Origin: a virus | DNA: 64,000 nucleotides | Strand: one strand, 5' to 3' | Virus record (IMG/VR): IMGVR_UViG_3300001473_000094 | Span: 4,310 to 68,309 of that record | Part shown: positions 27,112-37,258 of the stretch, piece after piece | How positions within the stretch are numbered: the stretch's first letter is position 1 | Layout of the letters: every line of letters begins with the position of its first letter | Notes under the pieces: generated by a model | What the model saw: the letters and a program-made list of their open reading frames with translations, nothing else | Told to the model about the DNA's origin: nothing | The model's database searches: none | Program-made: the position numbers and the translations under genes

Positions 27112-28929
27112 TTAGGCGTATTGCACCGCCAACTGGCGGGCAAAAGAAGACGGCAGAGCGCTTGAAGAACGGTACAAGTCCGCGTTGAACCACGGAGCGT
27201 ACTGCGTCATCAGCGCGCTGAAACCGGTCGGTGGGCGGCCAAAACCATTGAAGCCTGCAAAGGCGGCCTGCTCTTCCTCTTGGCGGGCGAGGGCTGCTTC
27301 CTCGTCGGCCTTCAGGCGGGCACGTTCGTTGGCAATGACGGCTGCGATTGCGTCAATTTCGTCGACGGCTTGGGTTGCCCCATAGTTGGCCTGCTGATCT
27401 GAAACGCCGGAAAGCTCGGCGGCCAAAGCATCAAGCATGTCGGCGCTCGTATAGTCTGTCGTTCGCGCTTGGCTCAGAAGGCGGCGTGCGTCACCTTCGA
27501 TTCCCGACCGCACGGTGCCCAATTCATCAAGGCGACCCTGAGCCGCATCGACGGCGTCTCGAATCTGGTTGCGGTAGTCGAGAACATCGGTGCCGGAATA
27601 CTGGCCAAGACGGGCGGACAATTGCTGCGCGGCGTTGAGGTTGGAACGGAGGCGCGACTCATCGGCAAGGTCGGCTGAGCCGATCTTGTCCATCAGGGAT
27701 GAGGCGTCGGTTCCGAATCCGGAAAGCTGATCCTGACGTGCTGCACGTAGAGCGGCGAGTTGGGCATCAGCCTGGTCGAGCTGGCCAAGGACGCCGGCAA
27801 AATCTCCGCCAAGGGCGGACGAGAAACCCGCAATGTCAGAGCGACCTTCATTGATCGCGTTTTCGATTTGGCCAAGAAGGGAGCCGGAGTAAATGTCGGA
27901 TGACGCTAGCTGCGCCATCAAAGAACTGGCGCCGGATCGGGCCTCCTGTTCAGCGGTGGCCACGCGCGCGAGTTCAGCATCGCGCTCAGATACCAGAGAG
28001 CCAAGGCGGGCTTCGAGGTCTGCGTAGGCAGACAGCTCGTCGTTGAAGGTTGTCGGCAGGACAGAAGAAAAGCGGGTCGCGCCTAGCTGCCTTGCGTCGA
28101 TATCGCGCTGAAGAGCCTCGATGCCCGCAAGATCGGAAATAGTCAGGTTGCCAAACCGGTCGTTCAAGACATCGAAGTTGGCGTTCAGTGTGCCCTCAAA
28201 GTCTCGGATGCGCTGCTCTTCTGTGGCGCGCTGGCCAAGGATGTCGTTGAGGCTGGTCTGAAGCGCGTCGATCTGCGTTTGGTATCGTCCGACATCACCC
28301 GACCTGTACTCACTCAGGATAGGTGAGGAGAAGGTCGTGAGCTGGCTGTCGAGATCGGCAAGCTGGCCAAGAGACGATGTGATGCCGCCCTTGTCGGAGA
28401 TGGTGAATTGGTCGGCTTGCGAGGTCAGGCCGGCAAGCGTACCTGCAAGGCCAGACGAGAAGGTGTCGATGCGCTTTTCTTCGGCCGCCCGCTCATCGCG
28501 TAGCCCGGCAATCATGGTTCCCAGCTCGCCCAGCTTGGCCGAGAAGGAGTTGGCCAAGCCGGTATTCTTCTCGACGAGCGATGGCATGCCGACTTCGACG
28601 GGGCCATAGGCCGACTGGACCATGCTGGTCCAGTTTGGTTTGGCTGCACTGACGCCAAGGTTGCTCTGAAGACCGGCTAGCCGGTCTTCGAGGGAGGCAA
28701 TCTTGCTGGTGGCGCCACCAAAGTGCTCGTCATCGACGATGGAGTAGCCGGACAGGGTCGAACCCAGCTCATTGAGCTGGGAGTTCAGGGACGAAAGATC
28801 GGCGTTGTAGGAGTTGATCGCCTTGTTATAGGCGTCGGCCTGCGTCTGCCGTCGTGCCAGCTCGCTCGTCGCAAAGGCGGCACGCTCATTCGTGTAGTCT
28901 GGCTCAGGCGGCGGAGACTTCTTGCCCAT
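27112..28929 (-). CDS. Virion protein with ~80-aa helical repeats
   Basis: Starts MGKKSPPPEPDY, typical of podovirus virion-assembly/ejection proteins, and has internal repeats. Confidence 0.65.
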   Translation of the reverse strand: MGKKSPPPEPDYTNERAAFATSELARRQTQADAYNKAINSYNADLSSLNSQLNELGSTLSGYSIVDDEHFGGATSKIASLEDRLAGLQSNLGVSAAKPNWTSMVQSAYGPVEVGMPSLVEKNTGLANSFSAKLGELGTMIAGLRDERAAEEKRIDTFSSGLAGTLAGLTSQADQFTISDKGGITSSLGQLADLDSQLTTFSSPILSEYRSGDVGRYQTQIDALQTSLNDILGQRATEEQRIRDFEGTLNANFDVLNDRFGNLTISDLAGIEALQRDIDARQLGATRFSSVLPTTFNDELSAYADLEARLGSLVSERDAELARVATAEQEARSGASSLMAQLASSDIYSGSLLGQIENAINEGRSDIAGFSSALGGDFAGVLGQLDQADAQLAALRAARQDQLSGFGTDASSLMDKIGSADLADESRLRSNLNAAQQLSARLGQYSGTDVLDYRNQIRDAVDAAQGRLDELGTVRSGIEGDARRLLSQARTTDYTSADMLDALAAELSGVSDQQANYGATQAVDEIDAIAAVIANERARLKADEEAALARQEEEQAAFAGFNGFGRPPTGFSALMTQYAPWFNADLYRSSSALPSSFARQLAVQYA

Positions 28930-29464
28930 TAGTCGCGTCTTCCTGTTCGGCAAGGGGGCCGTTTTTCGGATTATCGAGACTTTGGCCTGACGTGTCGTCC
29001 GGTCTAACGTGCCAAGTCAGATCGCTTGGGAGCAGGCCGAAGACGTATGTGTCTTCGCCGTCCGGGCCGGCTTCACGGAGCATACCCTCGCGCTTGAAAC
29101 CGAAGCGTTCGGTGATCTTCTGTGAGTGCAGGTTGTCGTCAGTGACGAAGGAGTTCAGGCGACAGAGGCCCATGCCGTAGGGCGGCTTCTCGAAGAACAT
29201 CTTGGTCATGTCGCGGATGTTTTTTCGAGACCAGATGCGAGGGCTCTCGGCTACCCCAACGATGAAGGCGCTCGGTCGGCCTTTGTTGTTTCGGTAGTCG
29301 TAGATGGAGACACAGCCCAGCATGCGTCCCTTGTCGAAGAAGAGAAAACCTCCATAGTGGCGCGGGAACTCTGCATCGAGCCGGTCGCCAAGATAGTGGG
29401 CGGCAACGCCGCTCTCATCCCAGACCATCTTGTACGCATCGGAGGGGACGATGGGCTCGGTCAC
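28904..29464 (-). CDS. GNAT-family acetyltransferase
   Basis: LCRLNSFVTDDNLHSQKITERFGFKREGMLR. GNATs commonly sit at this position in podovirus tail modules. Confidence 0.85.
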   Translation of the reverse strand: MTEPIVPSDAYKMVWDESGVAAHYLGDRLDAEFPRHYGGFLFFDKGRMLGCVSIYDYRNNKGRPSAFIVGVAESPRIWSRKNIRDMTKMFFEKPPYGMGLCRLNSFVTDDNLHSQKITERFGFKREGMLREAGPDGEDTYVFGLLPSDLTWHVRPDDTSGQSLDNPKNGPLAEQEDATNGQEVSAA

Positions 29465-30984
29465 TAGTTGAGTCTTTCGATCACGATTGACAGAAGCAGC
29501 GTGTCGGCAGACGACTGACTGGTCACGACGACAGAGAGCAGCTTGGACAGAACTTCGGCATCGACCTCGATGACCGTACCGAAGAGCTGGTCTGTCGGTG
29601 TAGAGGAGACGGCATAGACCGAGCCAACTGTTGCGCCGGATACGGAAAGCTGGATGGAGCAGGAGCCGGAGGACAACGAAGCCGTTAGCCCAATAATCCT
29701 GATCCTCTCGCCGAACATGCGGCGAATATCGTAGGTGTCGTCTGCCACCGCACCGCTGAGGGCCATGTTGATGACATCCGTCCCTCGAACCAGCGGAAGC
29801 TGCGCGGCCGCGAGCCGACCGTCGCCGTCGAGGGTTGCCGTGCCGCCGGCGACACCGAGTGACGACTTGTAGACCAAAGCCGAGAAGTCGACAGGCTTGT
29901 AGACGAAGCCGGTGCCAGTGGAGTTGATGTAGACCGCATAGTTGGCCTCACCAGTTGAGATCGACGGAAGGGTCGATTCCGGCCGGGTCGAAAGCCACTG
30001 TGAGCCGTCATAGAATTTGAGCTGGTTTGGCGTGACCGAGGTGTCGATCCAGAGTTCACCGGACGCGGGAATAATCGGAGCCGTTGCGGCAACATTGATG
30101 ACGGCAGCTTCGAGAAGGTGATCGGCCAGACCGTCAACTTTGGCCTGCGGGATGTCTCCGTCGTCAATCGCCACCCTGTCGTATGGAATCTTGCCTGTCT
30201 TGTTGTCGGTGTAGACGCCTTCCAACATGAAGCCGGGGATTTCTGTGGCGCTCGTGGAAGCGATGATGATGACGGAGAGGACGTCATTGGTGACGGCGGC
30301 CTGCATAAGCGTCAGAGAGGAGGTGCCGTCGCTGATGACATAGTCTGTCGTCGGCGCTTGCAGGATGCCATTCAGGAAGACTTGAGCCTGATATTCATTC
30401 TCCGGGAGAGTCAAACCGAAGACGGACTGGGTTGCCCCGGTCACGGTGAAGTCCTGTCTGGTGGTTGAGATGGAGCCGGAGCCGCGCGCTTTATAGATCG
30501 AGATGATGTCGTTCAGCGTGGCGCCACTGCCGAGGGTGACGGTGTCGGCGTCAGGGTCGAGAGTGTAGTCGTCCTCAGAGAGCAGTAGACCGTTCTGGAA
30601 GACGAAGATGTAATCGGAAGATGTGTGGACATAGGGGAAGACGGTCTGACTGGCAGTTGCGGTCGTGTCCACACGCGCCGTGATGATTGGCAGGGCGACA
30701 TCGCCAATGTCCCTACCGGGGTCTCCGCGCAGATCTTCAGGTGTGGCCAAGACGGTCCAGTCTGCATCGGAAGCCGTTTTGTATTTCAGTCCATCGGCAT
30801 CGTAGGTGAACTGGAACGCGACATCGAACTGGCCGGTGGCGTCGAAGATTGAGGTGATCAGTTCGGCCACCGTCTTGTTGCCGCGCTCGGCAGCGACAAG
30901 GTAGCGAACGATGTTCTCGAAGTCCGCCTGAATGTTTGAAGACGAACCGTAGTTGTTGGGGTTGAGCTGGGCCAAGCGTCCCAT
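29464..30984 (-). CDS. Tail fibre/spike-like protein
   Basis: Repeated TA.QTVF...VF.NG.L....DY beta modules, G.LWIDT...LKFYDGSQW, and GVAGGTATLDGDGRL. Confidence 0.7.
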   Translation of the reverse strand: MGRLAQLNPNNYGSSSNIQADFENIVRYLVAAERGNKTVAELITSIFDATGQFDVAFQFTYDADGLKYKTASDADWTVLATPEDLRGDPGRDIGDVALPIITARVDTTATASQTVFPYVHTSSDYIFVFQNGLLLSEDDYTLDPDADTVTLGSGATLNDIISIYKARGSGSISTTRQDFTVTGATQSVFGLTLPENEYQAQVFLNGILQAPTTDYVISDGTSSLTLMQAAVTNDVLSVIIIASTSATEIPGFMLEGVYTDNKTGKIPYDRVAIDDGDIPQAKVDGLADHLLEAAVINVAATAPIIPASGELWIDTSVTPNQLKFYDGSQWLSTRPESTLPSISTGEANYAVYINSTGTGFVYKPVDFSALVYKSSLGVAGGTATLDGDGRLAAAQLPLVRGTDVINMALSGAVADDTYDIRRMFGERIRIIGLTASLSSGSCSIQLSVSGATVGSVYAVSSTPTDQLFGTVIEVDAEVLSKLLSVVVTSQSSADTLLLSIVIERLN

Positions 30985-30986
30985 GG

Positions 30987-32504
30987 TCACTCTCCGACGA
31001 TCAGCGCGAAACCGGCGAAACGGAATTGTCCCGTTCCACAAGCCTTAACGCGCAGGCGGCAGGCCGTCGTCCGCACATTCACAGGCACGCGGCGGTTATG
31101 GTTGAGAGGGGTCCCTCGGGCGTCTGCAATTGCGGTCCCTGGCTCGGCCTCGACATTGTATCGCGACCAGATGACCTTGCCGGTGACGGCATCGATTAGT
31201 TCGAGGTTGAGGTAGCTCTTGCCGGCGCAGGACAGGACAAGGCCGGCCAGCGATTTGTGGTCGGTGAAGGAGCCAAGGAACAGGTCAGGCGTCTCGATGC
31301 TGAGGTCGGGAAACTTCCCGGCGGTCTCCTCTTCGACCTTGGCCACCTGAAAGAGGCCGTCCGGGGTGCCGTAGATAAGCGAGCCGTCTGCGTAATCGCC
31401 ACAGGTCGTGGACAAGAAGCTCTCGGACAGCGACCAAGTGCCGGAAGAGTCAAGGTCAGTCGGATCGAGCGTTAGTGTCAGGCGCCGGCTGATGGCGCCC
31501 TCGAACGGGAAGAAGACATGGTACTGGCTTTCGTCAGCGTCGAAGGCCGCCGAGATGTCCTTGATGTCGCTGACGCCGCGCACAAGCTCCCGATAGAGAG
31601 TCGTGATCGGGAAGGAGAGCGGCAGAGAGTAGATCATCACCCCGTTTTCGCGGGAGCGGCGCACGGTCTGCACGCCCGTTCGTGAGCAGTAAAGGACATC
31701 ACCGTTGGCTTCTTGGATCGTGTTGTGGGAGATGCAGCCAGCGGAGATGGAGGTTCGGGATTCAATGCCCCAGTCTTCGATGTTTTCGCCCGTCCGGTAG
31801 ATCAAGCCGCGAGAGGTCGTGAAGATAATCAGCTTGTCGTTTTCGAAGGTGGCCAAGCCAGTGATGCGCTCATTGTTTTTGAGCTGGTTACCCAGATCGA
31901 TCTTGAAGCCACGCAGGACATTCTCGGAGTCTTTGGCCTCCTCCTCGGAGAAGAAGTTGACGTCGTTGACGCGGCTGATTTCGATGACGTTCGGGTATTG
32001 CGGCATGCCGCCGACGACGAGGCGGGAGGCCACGGTCGTTGCGAAGGCAGGGCGCAGCCGATTGGATAGAGGCTTGGTCGCTGGCAGGACTTCGAAGGCC
32101 GTGCCGTTAAATGCGACAGGCGTCTCGCCTTGGGCGAAGGTGTAGAGGATGTCGCCAAAATGGACGGACGATGGACTGGCGCCAGCGGTGAAAAATGTGG
32201 GAGCTTGCGCGCCAGTGGTCGAGCGAGGGTACAGTCCGTCGGACAGGCGTTCGAACCAGAGGAGCGAGAAGAGGTCGTAGTGCTTGGCGTGGGCGATGTT
32301 GACGCCGCTCTGGATGCGGGTGACGCCGGGGTCGCGCACGATCTGGCCAATGGGATCGGCGTAACCGTTTGAGAGAACGGCCAAGGGTTGGCGCTTGCCG
32401 GTGTCTTGGTTGTTTCTCGCGCGGATGGTCTCCAAGCCAATGAAGTTTTCGTATGCGATCGGTCGCTCTTTGACAGCGCGAGGCGATTTGGAGGGCGTGG
32501 TCAT
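30987..32504 (-). CDS. Tail nozzle / tubular protein (P22 gp10-like)
   Basis: Beta-rich 505 aa protein (ITGLATFENDKLIIFT, GCISHNTIQE) in the position after the adaptor. Confidence 0.65.
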   Translation of the reverse strand: MTTPSKSPRAVKERPIAYENFIGLETIRARNNQDTGKRQPLAVLSNGYADPIGQIVRDPGVTRIQSGVNIAHAKHYDLFSLLWFERLSDGLYPRSTTGAQAPTFFTAGASPSSVHFGDILYTFAQGETPVAFNGTAFEVLPATKPLSNRLRPAFATTVASRLVVGGMPQYPNVIEISRVNDVNFFSEEEAKDSENVLRGFKIDLGNQLKNNERITGLATFENDKLIIFTTSRGLIYRTGENIEDWGIESRTSISAGCISHNTIQEANGDVLYCSRTGVQTVRRSRENGVMIYSLPLSFPITTLYRELVRGVSDIKDISAAFDADESQYHVFFPFEGAISRRLTLTLDPTDLDSSGTWSLSESFLSTTCGDYADGSLIYGTPDGLFQVAKVEEETAGKFPDLSIETPDLFLGSFTDHKSLAGLVLSCAGKSYLNLELIDAVTGKVIWSRYNVEAEPGTAIADARGTPLNHNRRVPVNVRTTACRLRVKACGTGQFRFAGFALIVGE

Positions 32505-32947
32505 TCACCCTCCGACGACAATGACCCGTTGTTGGGGTTGGTCTTGGCCACGTCGAAAGCGCGGACATCGATGGGGGTGTTTCCGTTGCGCTCCTGCCAG
32601 AGTTTCCGGTTCATGGTTTTGTAGTAGTCGCTCATCAGGACGATGGCCTTGTCGCTACGCTGGTGTTTTGCATAGGCGGCGGCCAAACCGTCCATCATGA
32701 TGTGATCGTCGATGGGGCGCTTGTCTTCGATGGAGATGTATCGCGCGATCTGGTCCATGCCCTCGCGATAAGGGTGCATGTTGACTTCGTCGACGATGTC
32801 ATTGGCGAACTTCAGCATCAAATGGGCCAAGGCCCCGTCAATCATATCGACGTTGGAGTCGCCGAAGATGACGAGGCCCATGGCCATCAGTTCGCTGAGA
32901 TGGGCGTACTTGCCGCCCGATGTGACATTCGGGAGGCCGGAGGTCAT
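32501..32947 (-). CDS. Head-tail adaptor-like protein
   Basis: Helical 148 aa protein between the capsid and nozzle genes. Confidence 0.55.
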   Translation of the reverse strand: MTSGLPNVTSGGKYAHLSELMAMGLVIFGDSNVDMIDGALAHLMLKFANDIVDEVNMHPYREGMDQIARYISIEDKRPIDDHIMMDGLAAAYAKHQRSDKAIVLMSDYYKTMNRKLWQERNGNTPIDVRAFDVAKTNPNNGSLSSEGE

Positions 32948-33195
32948 TAGTCTCCGACCGCCGCGATACGGCCGATGACGACGAGGTGATGAACGGCGGC
33001 CTTCTCGGCCTGTTCCTTGTTCAGAACCCACTCGACCTTGTTGGGGTGCTCGGGATTGCGACGACCGCGAACACCCAGGAATTTGTAGCTTCGGTCTTCG
33101 TCGCGCGTGGTTCGGTAGAGGAACTGAAGCTCCGCCTTCGCGGGCTTGGCCTTCGGCTCAGCTTTTGCTGCTGCCTTTTGAGTGGCTTCGGGCAT
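32947..33195 (-). CDS. Hypothetical virion-module protein
   Basis: SD GAGG and a TAATG overlap with the next gene. Confidence 0.6.
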   Translation of the reverse strand: MPEATQKAAAKAEPKAKPAKAELQFLYRTTRDEDRSYKFLGVRGRRNPEHPNKVEWVLNKEQAEKAAVHHLVVIGRIAAVGD

Positions 33196-33219
33196 GAGGA
33201 ACCTCGATGTTGGAAGAAG

Positions 33220-33246
33220 AAAAAGCTGGGGGCCGAAGCCCCCAGC
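33220..33246 (-). terminator. Intrinsic terminator after the capsid gene
   Basis: GCTGGGGGC-TTCG-GCCCCCAGC-TTTTT. Confidence 0.85.
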
Positions 33247-33256
33247 CGGGTCGTCA

Positions 33257-34435
33257 CTAGGCCGCTTTGCGAAGCGTCCAATTCTTGACGTAGGTGTGCG
33301 TGCGGTCCTGCTTCAGCTCCAGACCACACTCCGTCAGGAACTCGTGCTTGCGACGGTCTTCGCCGTTGCCCTGACGATCCTTGAGGAGCTGCGTGTCACG
33401 GTTCTGCATGTACCGGTAACAGATGTCCTGCATGTCGAGGATGAGCATGGACTCTTTCATGCCCGGAAGCTGACGGAACATCGGGTGCAGGTATGCAAGC
33501 AGGTCGCCCGCTGGCGTTGTGTAGCGGGTGAAGTTGATGCCGTAGGCACCGTCCACCTGCTGAGGAGACCAGCGGTCTTTGGCGAACCAGTTGAGGTGAT
33601 GCGCCACGGTGGAACCGATGAAGGCGATCTTTTCCTTCGACCCGTAGGCGAAGATGTCATCGATCAGCTTCGTGTCGAACTCTTCTTCCGTCATGATCGT
33701 CGAGGCTGCCGTATCGGAAGTCACGTCGATGACGTTGGTCAGAGAGTTGATCAGACCGCCGGTGTAGCGAGTCGGCTCGGCAGAGCTGGCATTTGCGATG
33801 TGGCGGGTGCCGAAGAAGAAGGCACGCTCCATGTCGCTCATGTGCAGCTTCAGGGCTTTCACGCGAGACTCGTCTTCCTTGGGTCCCGTGCGAAGGTTGG
33901 TGTTGGCCAGAGTGCCGGTGACCGAAAAGGCCGTTCGGAAAATCTGGGTGTAGTTGTACGCAAGCGTGGCATCGAAGGAGATCGGCGTCGGAGTGTCCGC
34001 GCCTTCCTTCGCTGCGTAGCCGGCGATGAACAGTTCAGCGTTGTCGGCGATCTGATGCGTGGTGCCGCCAATGTTGCGGGTAACGGTCAGGGCCGTGCCC
34101 GTGCAATCAGCAGTGGCATGCATAACTTCGCCGGTCGTGGCGTTCACGAGGATCGTACCCGCGACGATGAACTGGTTGTCGTCGTTGGCGTCGAGCGTGA
34201 CGGCACCCGTAGAGGTGTCAGCCACAGCGCCGTTGACCGTGACCACCTGATCCGGCAGCTCGTCCCGGAAGTTGTTGTACTTCGGGTCGTCCGTGGACTC
34301 GGAGGTCATCATTGCAATCAGAGCTGAGAGCGGCGCATCGCCGTTCGGCTCAAGGAAGGTGTAAAGCTCGCGGTAGTTGGTCGGGCGGAAATCCGTCGTG
34401 AACTCACCCGTACCGCGAACGCCGAGAATGGCCAT
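33257..34435 (-). CDS. Major capsid protein (DUF5309/SU10-like)
   Basis: NYTQIFRTAFSVTGT, DMERAFFFG, RYTGGL, EFLTECGLE; SD GGAGG; strong terminator downstream. Confidence 0.85.
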   Translation of the reverse strand: MAILGVRGTGEFTTDFRPTNYRELYTFLEPNGDAPLSALIAMMTSESTDDPKYNNFRDELPDQVVTVNGAVADTSTGAVTLDANDDNQFIVAGTILVNATTGEVMHATADCTGTALTVTRNIGGTTHQIADNAELFIAGYAAKEGADTPTPISFDATLAYNYTQIFRTAFSVTGTLANTNLRTGPKEDESRVKALKLHMSDMERAFFFGTRHIANASSAEPTRYTGGLINSLTNVIDVTSDTAASTIMTEEEFDTKLIDDIFAYGSKEKIAFIGSTVAHHLNWFAKDRWSPQQVDGAYGINFTRYTTPAGDLLAYLHPMFRQLPGMKESMLILDMQDICYRYMQNRDTQLLKDRQGNGEDRRKHEFLTECGLELKQDRTHTYVKNWTLRKAA

Positions 34436-34710
34436 CTTGGCCTCCATCTGGGTTGCGTTTGTTTAGGTCTGAAGGACGGGTCGGGCGCTCTGCCGTCATC
34501 GGTCATTCAGGACGGGGCCGTTCAACTCTCACCCGGCATCTCTCGGGCGACCGTCTTTCGGTTATAGATCGAGGGCCGAAGCGCTCTGGTTCGAGAGATT
34601 ATGCGCTTCTGGGGAATCTGTCATCCGGTCAACTTGAAGACCATTGCAAATCATCTTGAGGACGACATAGGCTGTTGCTGGGAGGGTGCTGCCATAGGAG
34701 ACAGCCCAGC

Positions 34711-35202
34711 ATGGCGAGGAAAGGCCCGACCGGATTGAGCGCATGGGTTCGCGCGCATGACGGACAAGAATGCCCATACTGCGGAACCAGAATGTCAACA
34801 AAAAGCCAATGGGCTTTTCCGACGAGGGATCACGTCATCCCGCAGGCGATGGGCGGCAGGTTTTATGTGGCGGTGTGCCGGAAGTGCAATGAAGCAAAGG
34901 GCGACACGCATCCCAAGTTCTGGTTCGGTGGGGCCGTGAAGGCCAATCCGAGACAGTTTCGCAGGATCGTCGGGGTCCTGCGGCGCGCAGGCGTTTTTGG
35001 AAACTGCACGACGGAAAAGAGCCGGGAGACGGCCTACGCAATGCTCGGCGTTAACGCCCCCGTCGTGCACCCATATTGGAAGCCGAGATGGATGATGCGA
35101 TCTAAAGGCGCCGCTTCTCAGCCATCCTTCCGGCAAAGGCGTCAAAGTCAGCCTGCTCCTCGCTCGGCTGTCCCTGAGGACCGGAAGGCGCTCCACCGGT
35201 AG
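34711..35202 (+). CDS. Free-standing HNH endonuclease, antisense to the virion operon
   Basis: CPYC...TRDHVIPQAMGG...CRKCNEAKG; SD AGGAG. Confidence 0.8.
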   Translation: MARKGPTGLSAWVRAHDGQECPYCGTRMSTKSQWAFPTRDHVIPQAMGGRFYVAVCRKCNEAKGDTHPKFWFGGAVKANPRQFRRIVGVLRRAGVFGNCTTEKSRETAYAMLGVNAPVVHPYWKPRWMMRSKGAASQPSFRQRRQSQPAPRSAVPEDRKALHR

Positions 35203-36097
35203 GAGTGGTGAAGGCTTGGCGGCGCTCTTGAATGCCACGAAGACGGTCCATCTCACCTGAGGACAGATGGTTCTTGAAATCGTTCATCACCGTCAGGGTC
35301 AGATCGGGATCAACAAAGTCTTCCATCGTGTAGCCACGCTGTGCGGCAAACTCCATGAAGGGGCTGGCCATGTCAGTGGGGAGCTGAAGGCGCTGCTGGG
35401 CAGCGTCAAGGTTGTTGCCAATTGTCTGCTGGACAGATTGGCCCTGTACCTGGCGAGCGCCCTGTTGGGCCATGCGAGCTGCTTCGACTTGGCCAGTCGT
35501 CTGGGCAAGAACCTGCTGCATGGCTTCAGTCATCCGGCTCATCTGTTGAGCCATCTGGTTCATGTTGCCCTGCATCTGCCTGTAGCCGGGCGGCAGGGTG
35601 GAGGCGTTCTCGTTTTCCCACTTGGCCAGATCGTCATCTGAAGGGACGGACGGTGTGCCGGAGTTGGAGTTTGGGGCCGGTTCGTTCGGACGTGGTGGCG
35701 TGTTCTGTGGGCTTCCTCCCGACATGCGCTGCTGAGCGTACTCAGCCAACTCTTGGCCAAGCTGGGCCGGCGTCAGGTTCGGGTTGGCCTGCATGATCTT
35801 TTCAGCCAATGCGATGACCGGCTTCATCTGGGCGTTCTTCTGGTTGAGGCCGGTGTAACGTGCCGCCATCCCAGCGATCTGGGACTCGGTCATCTTCCGC
35901 GTCTGGCCATTGCCTAGGTTGATCTCGATAAAGGCTTCTTCGCGCAGCTTTTCGGACTCGGATTTCGGGGCTCCGTCAGACTGGGCTTGGCCTTGCGCCG
36001 TTTCCTGAGGCTGCGGCGTGCCGCCTTGGCCGGCCTCTTCCGGCGGCGGCCCGTCGATGGCAGCAATGGCTTTGCGCTGTTCATTATTCAGAGACAT
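35102..36097 (-). CDS. Scaffolding protein (putative)
   Basis: Gln/Pro-rich helical protein upstream of the capsid gene; SD AGGAG. Confidence 0.65.
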   Translation of the reverse strand: MSLNNEQRKAIAAIDGPPPEEAGQGGTPQPQETAQGQAQSDGAPKSESEKLREEAFIEINLGNGQTRKMTESQIAGMAARYTGLNQKNAQMKPVIALAEKIMQANPNLTPAQLGQELAEYAQQRMSGGSPQNTPPRPNEPAPNSNSGTPSVPSDDDLAKWENENASTLPPGYRQMQGNMNQMAQQMSRMTEAMQQVLAQTTGQVEAARMAQQGARQVQGQSVQQTIGNNLDAAQQRLQLPTDMASPFMEFAAQRGYTMEDFVDPDLTLTVMNDFKNHLSSGEMDRLRGIQERRQAFTTPTGGAPSGPQGQPSEEQADFDAFAGRMAEKRRL

Positions 36098-36395
36098 CGG
36101 TCTTCTCCTTGGCGCCCTCATGGGCTTCCGCAAGTTCGAGTTCGTTTTTGAGGATGAGGGCCTGTGTTTCAGGAAGGGACTGCAAGAGCTTGACGGCGCG
36201 CAGGCCAGCACGCTGGAAGTCGAGGATCTCCTTGGCCGTGTGGACGCTGCCGGTCATCGCTTTGATGATGGAGTCGGCCTCGCGGTCGAGGATGTTGGAA
36301 AGGAGAGACCAGCCGCGCGAAGCAGCGAGGGCGTCGATCTCTTCGAGATCGCGCCTGATCGCGTGAACGGGGCGGTGGGCGGTGACTGACTTCAT
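36084..36395 (-). CDS. Hypothetical small virion-module protein
   Basis: Coupled ORF with a GWSLL motif, of the kind seen before scaffolds in podoviruses. Confidence 0.6.
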   Translation of the reverse strand: MKSVTAHRPVHAIRRDLEEIDALAASRGWSLLSNILDREADSIIKAMTGSVHTAKEILDFQRAGLRAVKLLQSLPETQALILKNELELAEAHEGAKEKTDVSE

Positions 36396-37258
36396 CGGCG
36401 GAACAGGTTCAGGATTGCTTCGATGATGGCGGCCAGGGGGTTGTTGCGCCTCACGGCCGGCTGGGGTTGCTTGGCCGGTTCTTTGGCCGGTTGCGGAGCT
36501 GGCTTCTCGGGGCCCGGCGTGGACACAGGTTTGGGTCGATTGGCCGCTTTGAGGGCCGAGATCAGGGCGTTGCGCGTCTCTGGCCCAGTGAGGCCGTCGA
36601 CCGTGATGCCAGCGTTTTCTTGGAAAGCACGGATGCCGCCCTTGTCGGTCTTGTAGCCAAGGAGGACGAGGGCTGCGCGGTCGGTCGCATCGAGGCGCTC
36701 AGAGAAATGGTTGAGGCCGCCATTGATGCGGCGCGTGATCATCTCGTCATTGCCCTGTTGGGCCAGCCGGTTGAGAGAGCGGCGCGTGGGGTTGCCCTCG
36801 GACCAGTAATAAGCCGCCGAGAAAAAGGCCCATGGAAAATTAGCCAGCTCTTTTGGGTTCTTGACGAAGTCGGGGATGGCTTTGGAGACGAAGCGGCTCA
36901 GCACGGCCTTGGCCCACTTGGTAAACTTGGTCGTATTGTAACGGCCAGTCGTCTGGATTAGGCCGCGCCCCTTGAAGCGTCTGCCGTCCCCCGGCTGTGT
37001 GTTGCCCAGATCGCTGCGGCCCTCATAGTCTTTGCCGGATGCGAACTCGGTTGTCGTCGAGAAGTAGGCGGATTCGACCGCCGTCTGGCCAAGGAAGCGG
37101 GACAAGTTGAGGAGATTGTCGAGGTCAAAGTGGTGGCCGTACTCGTTGATGTATCGAACCGTTTCGCTGACGATCTTGGGCTGGTTTCGCCCACGGTTGC
37201 CGCTGCGGTAGCGGACGCCGGCAATCTCGTAGAGCTGGGCTTCGGTGAGCAGGTTCAT
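36392..37258 (-). CDS. Endolysin: glycoside hydrolase 19 plus peptidoglycan-binding domain
   Basis: FLGQTAVES, YEGRSDLGN.QPGDG.RFKGRGLIQ.TGR.N, ITRRINGG.N; AFQENAGITVDGLTGPET. Confidence 0.92.
   Translation of the reverse strand: MNLLTEAQLYEIAGVRYRSGNRGRNQPKIVSETVRYINEYGHHFDLDNLLNLSRFLGQTAVESAYFSTTTEFASGKDYEGRSDLGNTQPGDGRRFKGRGLIQTTGRYNTTKFTKWAKAVLSRFVSKAIPDFVKNPKELANFPWAFFSAAYYWSEGNPTRRSLNRLAQQGNDEMITRRINGGLNHFSERLDATDRAALVLLGYKTDKGGIRAFQENAGITVDGLTGPETRNALISALKAANRPKPVSTPGPEKPAPQPAKEPAKQPQPAVRRNNPLAAIIEAILNLFRR

Noticed and set aside
33182-34327. 381-aa plus-strand ORF
   Set aside because: Antisense to the major capsid gene; a typical codon-bias artefact.
34660-34666. GGACGAC on the plus strand as a late promoter for the HNH gene
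   Set aside because: It lacks the ACC prefix and a -10 box at the 18-19 nt spacing.
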